Assembly: GCA_002840505.1 (NCBI GenBank)
Contig: PHBC01000001.1
Coordinates: 703,738-767,737 of the forward strand
Direction: 5' to 3'
From: Deltaproteobacteria bacterium HGW-Deltaproteobacteria-2
GTDB lineage: Bacteria; Desulfobacterota; Syntrophia; Syntrophales; Smithellaceae
DNA length: 64,000 nucleotides
Shown here: piece by piece, positions 47,504-56,106 of the stretch
Layout of the letters: each line of letters begins with the position of its first letter
How positions within the stretch are numbered: the stretch's first letter is position 1
The notes under the pieces: generated by a model
Database searches by the model: none
Seen by the model: the letters and a program-made list of their open reading frames with translations, nothing else
Told to the model about the DNA's origin: nothing
Translations under genes and position numbers: made by a program

Positions 47504-49849
47504 TTACACCCAATAAGCATTGGCAGATGATTCGTCTTCATCCAGCTTGAAATTGAAACCTTTTCGTTCAAAGAGGCTTAGACAGGCGTCTACAACCAAA
47601 GCGTCGAGAGTGGAGCCACGCTGCTTTCTGATTTCTTCCAATGCAAATGTTATCCCCCGTGCCGGTCTGTAGGGCCGGTTGCTTGCCATGGCTTCCACCG
47701 TATCTGCAACAGCAACAATCTTTGATTCTAAAAATATTTCATCACCGGAAATCCCTAATGGATACCCTAAGCCATCTATTCTTTCGTGGTGTTGATGAAC
47801 AATATCAACAATAACCGGGATAAAATCAACCTTATTCAATATTTTGTAACCTACGGAGGGATGAGATCTCATCATCGCAAATTCAAGGTCGCCTAATTTT
47901 GATGGTTTTGTCAGGATGGAAGCGGGAATATATATTTTCCCTATGTCATGAATCAGGCCACCCATCCGAATCAATTCAATTCTTTCTTCCGTTAATCCTA
48001 ATTCCTGGGCTATAGCCACGGCAAGCTTAGCGACTCGCCTCTGATGACCAGCCGTGTAAGGATCCCTCGATTCAACAATCATAGAAATGGCGTCAATGGT
48101 ACTGCTCATGGCTAATTGAAGCTTCTCTAGGCTCCTTTTCAGTTCCATTTCCGATCTTCTGATATCGGTCAGATTTTTAAATATTCCAACCAATCCGATA
48201 AAATTTCCTTCTGAATCAAAATTCGGAGCACCGCTGATACTGAAGTATCGCTCTGTACCATCTTTATGAAGAAGGATACCTATCTCTTCTTTAAGGGTTT
48301 GCTTCTGATCCCTAACCTGCTTGAAAGATTTAATATATCTAAACACATCTTCTTTTCTGGCAACATCCACAAAATATTTGCCGATAATTTCCTCAGGCCG
48401 GTATCCTAAAATCGGTTCAATTGCCGGGTTGATATATGAAAATTCCCCGTTGATACCTAAGGTATAAATTATATCCGGCGCATTCTCGCTGAGAGACCGG
48501 AAACGCTCCTCGCTCTCTTTTATTTTCTGATAAGCTATGGCATTATTAATGCTGATACCGATCTGCGGGGCAATGCCCATCAAAAGACTCATATCCGTCT
48601 GACTCAGAGGCTTCTTTGATTGCACATTATCCACAATCAGGATTCCCATAGACTCCCCTTTATAAATAATAGGAACGCAGATAAAAGACCGGGAGCCCAT
48701 GGCACGGACGAAATCAAGACTTTTAACTGAAAGATCACTCTCGATTTCGGAAACATCATTGACTAAGATTGGTGTTTGTTTCCTGAAAACATCTACCGCC
48801 GTACCCTTGGAGAGAGGATTATCAAGATGAAATTTAATGCTCTTCAGGTAATCTTCATCTTTCGGATTGTGTCCATAACCTACCGTATAAACGAGACAGT
48901 CTTTTTGCTTATTGGCAAGCATGATCATGCCCCGGTCGAAATCCAGCCTTTTCTCCAGAGACTCCATTACGAATTTGAGCAGTTGATCAATATCCAGGAT
49001 CATGGAGGAAGCCTGGCCGATTTCCTGTATCAATAGGGTCTCATTATATCGTTTATTGATCTGATCCAGCAGGCGGTCAGCCGAATCACCTTGATTCTGG
49101 ATGTTGGCAAGTAACTCCTTCTTTTCCAGATGTTCACTATAAATAGTGATGCCCATAGCTATGACAACAAAAAATAAAACCATTCTATCCCAGTAAACAG
49201 GATTGAGAAAACTCATGGAGATCAGGCAAATCAGAAAGCTAATAATAAAAAAATAATTGCGGATCTTTTTCCAGACAAAGGCGCGCGTTTTTTCCCAGGT
49301 GACAATATAAAGACAGCAGTCGCCGCCTTTGTGAAGACAGATAGGATGTTCTATACTGGCAAATTTATTTGTGAAAAGTTTCGCCAGCGATTCCAGCGAA
49401 CCAAACCGGTTAAGACATTGATAAGGCTTTTCAACCACTCCCGGCTGTGGTATGATTTTTACTTCAATTTTTTCAGCCCCAATGGCTCTAGTCTTTAAAA
49501 CGACTCCCCGGCTGAGACGAGCAGTAATTTTTTCCAAAAAGGCATAAGCCGTTGCCGGATTAATGAAGCCCAGCAAATATTGTCCTAAGGCTCCGGAAGC
49601 GCGGGAGGTGGCTATAAAGCGTCCTACTTTTCTGGAAATGTCCGGGTCATCAGTCTCTTGAGAAAGCATCAGGTGAAAACGATCAACCTGGCTTTGAGTC
49701 AGCCAATGACCTTCATCTTCCAGTTGATAGAATTCAATATCAGCATATTTTAAAAGAGGAGCTATATCTATATCGGGAAGATATCTGTGCAGATATTCCA
49801 CGTAACTCTTAATGATTCGGCTGCTGTAGAGGGGGAGTTCTTCCATCAT
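47504..49849 (-). CDS. membrane-anchored sensor: N-terminal cytoplasmic domain, 2 TM, GAF, PAS, HD-GYP phosphodiesterase
   Basis: GAF domain (SFICVPIIYKGESMGILIVDN), PAS domain (EERFRSLSENAPDIIYTLG), HD-GYP domain (GGLIHDIGKIYIP...HQHHERIDGLGYPLG). Confidence 0.8.
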   Translation of the reverse strand: MMEELPLYSSRIIKSYVEYLHRYLPDIDIAPLLKYADIEFYQLEDEGHWLTQSQVDRFHLMLSQETDDPDISRKVGRFIATSRASGALGQYLLGFINPATAYAFLEKITARLSRGVVLKTRAIGAEKIEVKIIPQPGVVEKPYQCLNRFGSLESLAKLFTNKFASIEHPICLHKGGDCCLYIVTWEKTRAFVWKKIRNYFFIISFLICLISMSFLNPVYWDRMVLFFVVIAMGITIYSEHLEKKELLANIQNQGDSADRLLDQINKRYNETLLIQEIGQASSMILDIDQLLKFVMESLEKRLDFDRGMIMLANKQKDCLVYTVGYGHNPKDEDYLKSIKFHLDNPLSKGTAVDVFRKQTPILVNDVSEIESDLSVKSLDFVRAMGSRSFICVPIIYKGESMGILIVDNVQSKKPLSQTDMSLLMGIAPQIGISINNAIAYQKIKESEERFRSLSENAPDIIYTLGINGEFSYINPAIEPILGYRPEEIIGKYFVDVARKEDVFRYIKSFKQVRDQKQTLKEEIGILLHKDGTERYFSISGAPNFDSEGNFIGLVGIFKNLTDIRRSEMELKRSLEKLQLAMSSTIDAISMIVESRDPYTAGHQRRVAKLAVAIAQELGLTEERIELIRMGGLIHDIGKIYIPASILTKPSKLGDLEFAMMRSHPSVGYKILNKVDFIPVIVDIVHQHHERIDGLGYPLGISGDEIFLESKIVAVADTVEAMASNRPYRPARGITFALEEIRKQRGSTLDALVVDACLSLFERKGFNFKLDEDESSANAYWV

Positions 49850-49912
49850 TTTTTCAGATACTTCTCTATGAAAAAACAGATGTAGAATTTAAGAGTAATT
49901 TTATATTTGCCA

Positions 49913-51982
49913 TCATGTACCCCCCGTCATGTATTCACCGTACTCTTTTCCATAATACACATCCAGTATCCATAGGTTATATTTCTTTTCAAAAGGAACG
50001 CCCTTAGCTTCCAAGTAACTAGAGGGATAAACCAGAACAGGTATTTTGTCAATCGTAAAACGGCCGGCTAATTGGGAAATGGCGGCGGATAGCTTCTCCC
50101 ATGGCAATCCGGCCTCATCATTGACTATAATTTTAATCCCATTGAGAAAATCTGACAAGCTAATGCCCGGATCCGATTCGTTTACAATAAGCACAGCTTT
50201 TAGCTTTCCGTTATACTTCAGAGAGAAGCTTTGATAGCTTCTTTTAAACCCATGCCGGGCATATAACTCCGACAGAGATTCAGTATTTTCCTGTTCTTTG
50301 TCCAGACGCAAAACCTTTAGCAAGAGGCCTCCGGAAACATTTTTGTAAAAACGATCTAATTCACCGATATCAGATGTCATAAATGGCCCCAGTGACCACT
50401 CCGCAGGAAGCGGTTGAGGGGCACCGGATGTCGGATAGCTAAGATAGGAAAACAGATCGAGGGAACACGCGCCAGGATTATTGAGATGCCTGGCAAAGCC
50501 ACCGAAGAAATGATCGGGGAAAATGTTTTCGGGACGAAAATAAAATATCATATAGTCCATTCCGAATGAGGGAAGACGATAAAGGCCATCAAAATAACGA
50601 ACGATTTGTTTCAGAATTTGCAGGCCGACCCGTTTATTGTCCAACGTTGTGGCAGCAAGATGATGAACCATCCAGGTCCGCTCATAAGACCGAATCATGG
50701 AAACATGTCCGTAAATCCGGCCGTTTCGCTGATAGGTTACCTGGGTGATGATTTCCGGATTATCACGATAAAGCCTTTTATAAGTTTCTTTCATGGACTG
50801 CCGGTGGGCGTGAACCAGATTATATTTTTTAGGATAAATGAATCCGCTCTCAAAAAGAAATTTCCACAACTGATCCACATCTACTTCATCGGCAATATGA
50901 GTGTTAGGATCAATAATATTCATTATAATATGACTCAGACGGTTATAATTGACAACATCCATATCCAGAATGACAAAACCATAGCGTATATTTCCCTTTT
51001 CCGCCTCACTACGATAGAGAACCTGAGCCTTGCACTGTATTTTTAAGGCTCCACCATAATTAATGGTTAAATCAGGAACGATCAGCCCGGCCATCAGAAC
51101 ATCTTCTTCGGCCGAAACATTAACGGCGAAGCCCGATGTTGAAAGATCATAAATATCCAGTTGAATTTTCTTCCTCGTTGTTGGGTGATCAAAAGTAATA
51201 TTCGGCATGGGGGTGACTCCAACGCGGGGAGTGCGCGACTTCTGCTTAAGAACACGACTTATTTGGTTGATTGCCGGCGCAAAGACAATATCCCGCGCTG
51301 CCTGATCAGATGTCTGCCTAATGCATTGACAGGATGCTGAAAAAATCATCAGCCCATTCCGATAAAGATGGACTGTTGATGGATTGTCGACATTAAACCA
51401 ACGAAAAGAACCAACTTCCTCAGGGCTGACTTCAACGCTAAAGGCCAAGGCACTGAAATCAACAAGCCGTCCTTGAGCCCAAAAACCGTTCTGCACAACT
51501 TCGACCTCAATGCCTTGGCAAAGATAGCGTCTGGCCCGGCGCTGACCCAATGCATAACCCTTTTCAGGCAGGTGAATTGTAAAATGATCCTGTTGAACGT
51601 CCTTGATTTGGGTGGGGATGAAAAAAACCGAACGGCCATCCGTGAAAATGATATTTAGAATTTCCGCATTTTCCACAATGTCGTGGCTTTCCTCCATCCA
51701 GCGACAGGTCATCGAACTACCGCTGCAAGGTTCCGGATGTGCCCAAACAAGAATATCTTCCTTATACTGAGGATGACTAAGCTGTACGTATACCATGCCC
51801 TCGGTGAAGTGATGACTATTCCAAAGATTAATCAGTTTTTTCTGTTTGATAATCTTGGCGGATTCGAGATTTTGGAGAAGTCCCTTATTTTGAAAACGCA
51901 AGGGAATAGATATTTCGTCGCGTTCAATCAGATCTTCACACAACCTGAATATTGGTTTTACATTTTGATCTATACTAAACAT
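49913..51982 (-). CDS. tandem PilZ-domain protein with ~320-aa uncharacterised C-terminal domain
   Basis: PilZ 1 is RRARR...(27 aa)...DFSALAFSV. PilZ 2 is KSRTPR...DLSTSGFAV, with a degenerate Arg motif. Start trimmed to MFSIDQ (comp. 51982), which has GGAGG 8 nt upstream. Confidence 0.65.
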   Translation of the reverse strand: MFSIDQNVKPIFRLCEDLIERDEISIPLRFQNKGLLQNLESAKIIKQKKLINLWNSHHFTEGMVYVQLSHPQYKEDILVWAHPEPCSGSSMTCRWMEESHDIVENAEILNIIFTDGRSVFFIPTQIKDVQQDHFTIHLPEKGYALGQRRARRYLCQGIEVEVVQNGFWAQGRLVDFSALAFSVEVSPEEVGSFRWFNVDNPSTVHLYRNGLMIFSASCQCIRQTSDQAARDIVFAPAINQISRVLKQKSRTPRVGVTPMPNITFDHPTTRKKIQLDIYDLSTSGFAVNVSAEEDVLMAGLIVPDLTINYGGALKIQCKAQVLYRSEAEKGNIRYGFVILDMDVVNYNRLSHIIMNIIDPNTHIADEVDVDQLWKFLFESGFIYPKKYNLVHAHRQSMKETYKRLYRDNPEIITQVTYQRNGRIYGHVSMIRSYERTWMVHHLAATTLDNKRVGLQILKQIVRYFDGLYRLPSFGMDYMIFYFRPENIFPDHFFGGFARHLNNPGACSLDLFSYLSYPTSGAPQPLPAEWSLGPFMTSDIGELDRFYKNVSGGLLLKVLRLDKEQENTESLSELYARHGFKRSYQSFSLKYNGKLKAVLIVNESDPGISLSDFLNGIKIIVNDEAGLPWEKLSAAISQLAGRFTIDKIPVLVYPSSYLEAKGVPFEKKYNLWILDVYYGKEYGEYMTGGT

Positions 51983-52084
51983 ATTAAAAACCTCCGTTGT
52001 TGACCATGCTTCCCAATTTATCACTGGCTTTCTTGTACAAAAAGGGAATCAACAAATCCGATTCTTATAATGAATCTTCTTCTT

Positions 52085-53302
52085 TCATCGGTTCTTACAA
52101 ATAAAGGTTAATTTTTCTTTTTCTACTTCGGTCATGAGAGACATGCTACACTGCATCCCAAATCCTATTTTCCAGTTTTCGACCGGAATGATCTGAAGTC
52201 CCTGATCCGTTTCGAGAGAGTATGGAGAATTCAAATCCAGCAAACCATGATGGCCGAATTTTAACATCGGGCTTACCGGTTCCCGTTCTACCAGATAATC
52301 GCCAAATGCACCCTCATGGGCAAGAAGACTATTTCCAGCAGCACCGGAAACCACAAGAGCAGCCCTGGTGAGTAAAGAGGTTTCACCCACATGGCATCCA
52401 ATTATGATCGGCCAGCCCATTTTTCTTAACTCTTCTATAATTTTCAAGGCTCTTATTAGACCACCCACCTTTGACACCTTGATATTCGCTACAAATGATC
52501 CTGCCACCTTTCTGTAAAGGGATAAATCATCGAGAGTACAAAGACTTTCATCCAAAATAACAGGAAGCCCCGTAGCAGTGCTGAACTTGCTTATGTCTTC
52601 GGCATTTTTTGCCCCCACCGGTTCTTCCATGGCAAATACCCGCCCAGTTCCCAGCATCATTGTGTAATTGATTGCTTCGTCACAGCGATCTTTCCATAAA
52701 TTATTGGCATCAAGACGAATACGTATGGATTTGGCATGATGCTGCACAGACAATTTTTCAAGAATGTCTATCTTTTCAATATCACGTTTCAAATTACCGC
52801 TTAACTTAATTTTAAAATCAGAAATCCCACGGATCAGATATTGAGCCAAGAGTGCAGTATATTTTCTTTTCGGGTCGTTTCCCAATACGGCCGTATAGCG
52901 GCCACACAGTTTACCATCTTTCAGTCCCAATATCTTTTCAACAGTACAACCCTTCTCCCTGGAAAGCAGATCAAGCATTGCCACTTCTATGGCACACCAT
53001 GCCGACGGGTAGTTGTCGATTTCTTTTTTATTATCTTCCACCCATTGTTTCAGTTCCGCCAAAGTTCCAAAATTCATTTTACCGGAAGAAATTTTTTTCT
53101 TTATCCAGACAAGACTAGCTTCAAGATCATCGCCAGCCACGTAAACTCGCGGACAACCCTCGCCATATCCGATTTTTTCATTTCTCTTGGCTTGAACCAA
53201 GATGCTTTCGCCCTTGTTCCTGACTGCCGAGGCATGACGAACGGTCGTTTTTAAATTCAACCGTAATGGTTTTGCTTCTATGCGCAAAGGTCGCTGCTTC
53301 AT
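52085..53302 (-). CDS. enolase-superfamily enzyme (mandelate racemase/muconate lactonizing / OSBS / dipeptide-epimerase-like)
   Basis: The metal-ligand pattern on barrel strands is IRLDANNLW (Asp), AMEEP (Glu) and ILDES (Asp). It has an N-terminal capping domain. Confidence 0.7.
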   Translation of the reverse strand: MKQRPLRIEAKPLRLNLKTTVRHASAVRNKGESILVQAKRNEKIGYGEGCPRVYVAGDDLEASLVWIKKKISSGKMNFGTLAELKQWVEDNKKEIDNYPSAWCAIEVAMLDLLSREKGCTVEKILGLKDGKLCGRYTAVLGNDPKRKYTALLAQYLIRGISDFKIKLSGNLKRDIEKIDILEKLSVQHHAKSIRIRLDANNLWKDRCDEAINYTMMLGTGRVFAMEEPVGAKNAEDISKFSTATGLPVILDESLCTLDDLSLYRKVAGSFVANIKVSKVGGLIRALKIIEELRKMGWPIIIGCHVGETSLLTRAALVVSGAAGNSLLAHEGAFGDYLVEREPVSPMLKFGHHGLLDLNSPYSLETDQGLQIIPVENWKIGFGMQCSMSLMTEVEKEKLTFICKNR

Positions 53303-53527
53303 TATATGATTTTCTCCCCTATATCGTCATGGCCGTTTATTTATAACGACAAATGTGAATTCAGTTTTTTATTCATTATAGTTTTTATGAACTTAGAAGT
53401 ATATGGGTGCTATTTTTACTTGTCAAGGGATATTATACGTCCAAGAGTAGAGTTTAATTATTGATTTAAACGAATTATCATAGCAATATCTGGAAGAAGT
53501 AAAACCTTCTTTACTTATTTACCAAAA

Positions 53528-53546
53528 AACAAGAACAATTCTTGTT
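53528..53546. promoter_or_regulatory. operator-like palindrome AACAAGAA-CAA-TTCTTGTT overlapping a -35 hexamer
   Basis: Perfect 8-bp arms with a 3-nt spacer. The right arm overlaps TTGACT (53545-53550). Confidence 0.35.
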
Positions 53547-53575
53547 GACTTCTCTGCTGTTTTTTCATTTATTAT
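53545..53575 (+). promoter_or_regulatory. possible sigma70 promoter of the dehydratase-to-nitroreductase operon
   Basis: TTGACT at 53545-53550. The best -10 is TATTAT at 53570-53575, but with a long 19-nt spacer. Confidence 0.3.
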
Positions 53576-53593
53576 CTAATACTTTTCTAAAAG

Positions 53594-54040
53594 ATGCCTA
53601 TGCTTAACATTGATATTGAAAGCTTGATTCCCCATCGGGAAAAGATAAAGATTATCAGTGGAATTCTGGAAATTAAAGAAACCACTGCCATTAGTACAGC
53701 TATGGTAAATCCTAACTGGCCTCTTTATGATGGAGACGCAGTAAACTCGCTGGTTTTGATTGAGGCCATTGCGCAGACCGCCGCTATTGTCGAGGGTTAC
53801 AAGAGAAAACAACAGGGGAAAGATGGCGTCAAGGGCTGGTTAGTTGGCATCAAGAGCGCCGAATTTAATATAGCGAAAATCCCGGTAAATACAAACCTAA
53901 TTATTATGATTGAAAGCAAGTATTCGTTTGATAATTACGGTGTAGTGGAAGGGGTAGTTAAAACCGGGGATAAGATATTAGCTACTGCCACTCTTCAGGC
54001 CCTGCGCATGAATGAAGACAATAAAATAAATATTTTTTAA
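53594..54040 (+). CDS. hotdog-fold (3R)-hydroxyacyl-ACP dehydratase-like protein (FabZ/ApeP-like)
   Basis: 148 aa. LIPHREKIKII...LIEAIAQTAAIV matches the dehydratase hotdog helix pattern with a His in the N-terminal motif. Confidence 0.65.
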   Translation: MPMLNIDIESLIPHREKIKIISGILEIKETTAISTAMVNPNWPLYDGDAVNSLVLIEAIAQTAAIVEGYKRKQQGKDGVKGWLVGIKSAEFNIAKIPVNTNLIIMIESKYSFDNYGVVEGVVKTGDKILATATLQALRMNEDNKINIF

Positions 54041-54056
54041 GGAGTTCTGTTAAAAT

Positions 54057-54785
54057 ATGGATGATAAAAAAACTGCGATAATCACGGGAGCAAGTCGTGG
54101 AATTGGCCGTGCTACAGCGATAGAACTGGCTAAGACCGGGTATTTTGTAATCATTAATTTTAAATCCAATGAAGCTGCGGCACAGGAAACATTAAACCTT
54201 GTACGATCAGCCGGCGGAGATGGAGAAATTTCTCAATTTGATGTCGCCGATAATACACAGACTAAAGAAGCAGTTAAAGCCATTACCGAGCGTCATAAAA
54301 ATATTCAAGTGCTCATCAACAACGCCGGCATCACCGCTGATGGGCTTTTTATGCTACTGGGCGAAGATGAATGGGACAGCGTTATTAACACAAGCTTGAA
54401 AGGCTTCTATAATATGACGAAGCCTGTTTTGCGGGAAATGGTCAGAAAAAAGCGCGGTTCTATCGTCTCTGTTTCTTCTCTTTCAGCATTGATGCCTAAT
54501 CGTGGACAGGCAAATTATGCCGCAGCCAAGGCGGGAATAATTGCCGCTTCCCGTTCACTGGCCACAGAAGTGGCGCGCTTCGGCATTCGCGTTAATCTTG
54601 TGGCTCCGGGTTTAATTGAAACCGACATGATCAAGGAAGCTCCCGTCGAACAAATCAAACAAATGATTCCCATGGCACGCCTGGGAAAACCGGAAGAGAT
54701 TGCCAACGTCATTCGTTTTTTATGTTCTGATGACGCCTCTTACATTACAGGACAGGTTATCGGAATCAACGGTGGAATATGCTGA
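54057..54785 (+). CDS. fabG: 3-oxoacyl-ACP reductase (SDR)
   Basis: The cofactor motif is TGASRGIGRA, with NNAG. The catalytic S...YAAAK triad is SSLSALMPNRGQANYAAAKAG. Confidence 0.85.
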   Translation: MDDKKTAIITGASRGIGRATAIELAKTGYFVIINFKSNEAAAQETLNLVRSAGGDGEISQFDVADNTQTKEAVKAITERHKNIQVLINNAGITADGLFMLLGEDEWDSVINTSLKGFYNMTKPVLREMVRKKRGSIVSVSSLSALMPNRGQANYAAAKAGIIAASRSLATEVARFGIRVNLVAPGLIETDMIKEAPVEQIKQMIPMARLGKPEEIANVIRFLCSDDASYITGQVIGINGGIC

Positions 54786-55420
54786 TGCAAGTTCGCTACA
54801 CCTTATGTAATCTGGTTTGTATCATTGCAGGCATTTTTTTAGTCATGGGCCCGCTGAATTGCGCTCATGCAACTGACTTCGAGCAATTGCGTAAAGAATC
54901 GGCCAATATCAAAACGATTCAGGCCCACTTTGTTCAAAAGAAATCCTTGAAAATTTTATCTAAACCCCTTGTCTCGGAAGGCCGTTTTTATTATTCTGCC
55001 CCCGATTCATTCCGTTGGGAATATTTTAAGCCTTTAAAGAGCGTCGTCATTACCTATAAAAACAATACCAAACGCTATATCGCTTCCGGCGGGAAAATGG
55101 TGGAAGACAAGACCGGCGGCGCACAGGCGATGAAGATTGTACTCAATGAAGTTACCGGCTGGATGAACGGCAAGTTCGACCAGAATCCGTCATTTAAAGC
55201 AACCATTAATGAAGGAACAAATACCAAAATCACGCTGACGCCCACAGAAAAAAACATGACTGGCATGATTGAGAAAATTGAAATTACCCTTTCTAAAAAA
55301 TCAGCAACTGTTAAATCTGTAAAAATTATTGAAGGCGCAAACAACTTCACGCAGATAGATTTCGACAATGTAGAAATCAATAAGGCAATTAATTCCTCAG
55401 TATTTCAGGATGTGGAATGA
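54779..55420 (+). CDS. LolA-like outer-membrane lipoprotein carrier family protein
   Basis: Signal peptide, then IKTIQAHFVQKKSLKILSKPLVSEGRFYYSAPDSFRWEY (LolA fold signature). The start overlaps the fabG stop (ATGCTGA). Confidence 0.7.
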   Translation: MLMQVRYTLCNLVCIIAGIFLVMGPLNCAHATDFEQLRKESANIKTIQAHFVQKKSLKILSKPLVSEGRFYYSAPDSFRWEYFKPLKSVVITYKNNTKRYIASGGKMVEDKTGGAQAMKIVLNEVTGWMNGKFDQNPSFKATINEGTNTKITLTPTEKNMTGMIEKIEITLSKKSATVKSVKIIEGANNFTQIDFDNVEINKAINSSVFQDVE

Positions 55421-56106
55421 AGGGCGTATTTGTTTTAATATTATCTTTTTTTCTTTTATCCTGCCAGACCTTGCCGTTGATCAATTCACCTGTTTCTCCG
55501 GCAAAGGAAAAAGCTTTAACTTGTCCTTTTCCTTTTTTAAAAGAAAAATATAGACTGGTACACTCCATTGAGAACCGTATGTTTGGCGAAACACAGAGTG
55601 TAATTATCGGAGTAACTTTGGCCGATCCTTATACCCGCGTCATATCCTGCGCAATTATGACCGCGGAAGGAATGGTGCTGTTTGAGGCCGAATCCGGTCC
55701 GGGCACACTCAAAATCAATCGGGCGTTGCCTCCCCTGGATTCGGCAGATTTCGCGAAAAATATGATTGAAGACATTAAGCTGATCTTTTTTGCGCCGGAA
55801 GGAAAGCTTCAGGTGAAAGGCTCTCTTCCCGATGGAACAACTGCCTGCCGCTACAAAGAAGAAAACGGTGACTGGATCGATTTAATTAACGATAAATCGG
55901 AAGACACGATAATTAAACGCTACTCTTCAGTCGGCACTCTGAAACGTCAGATCAAGTTTAGCAAAACGACGGGAAATATTTATCAAACCATTGAACTACA
56001 GGCAAATGAAACATTTAATTATTCGCTCTTGATGACTCTCATTGAAGCCCAACCTGTAAAAAAGGAATTCCTGCAAAAAAAACAGCCCAGGAAAACTAAA
56101 AAATGA
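55417..56106 (+). CDS. lipoprotein of unknown function (position equivalent to DUF3261/ApeN in APE clusters)
   Basis: Lipobox FFLLSC. ATGA overlap with the upstream gene. The family assignment rests on context only. Confidence 0.55.
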   Translation: MKGVFVLILSFFLLSCQTLPLINSPVSPAKEKALTCPFPFLKEKYRLVHSIENRMFGETQSVIIGVTLADPYTRVISCAIMTAEGMVLFEAESGPGTLKINRALPPLDSADFAKNMIEDIKLIFFAPEGKLQVKGSLPDGTTACRYKEENGDWIDLINDKSEDTIIKRYSSVGTLKRQIKFSKTTGNIYQTIELQANETFNYSLLMTLIEAQPVKKEFLQKKQPRKTKK

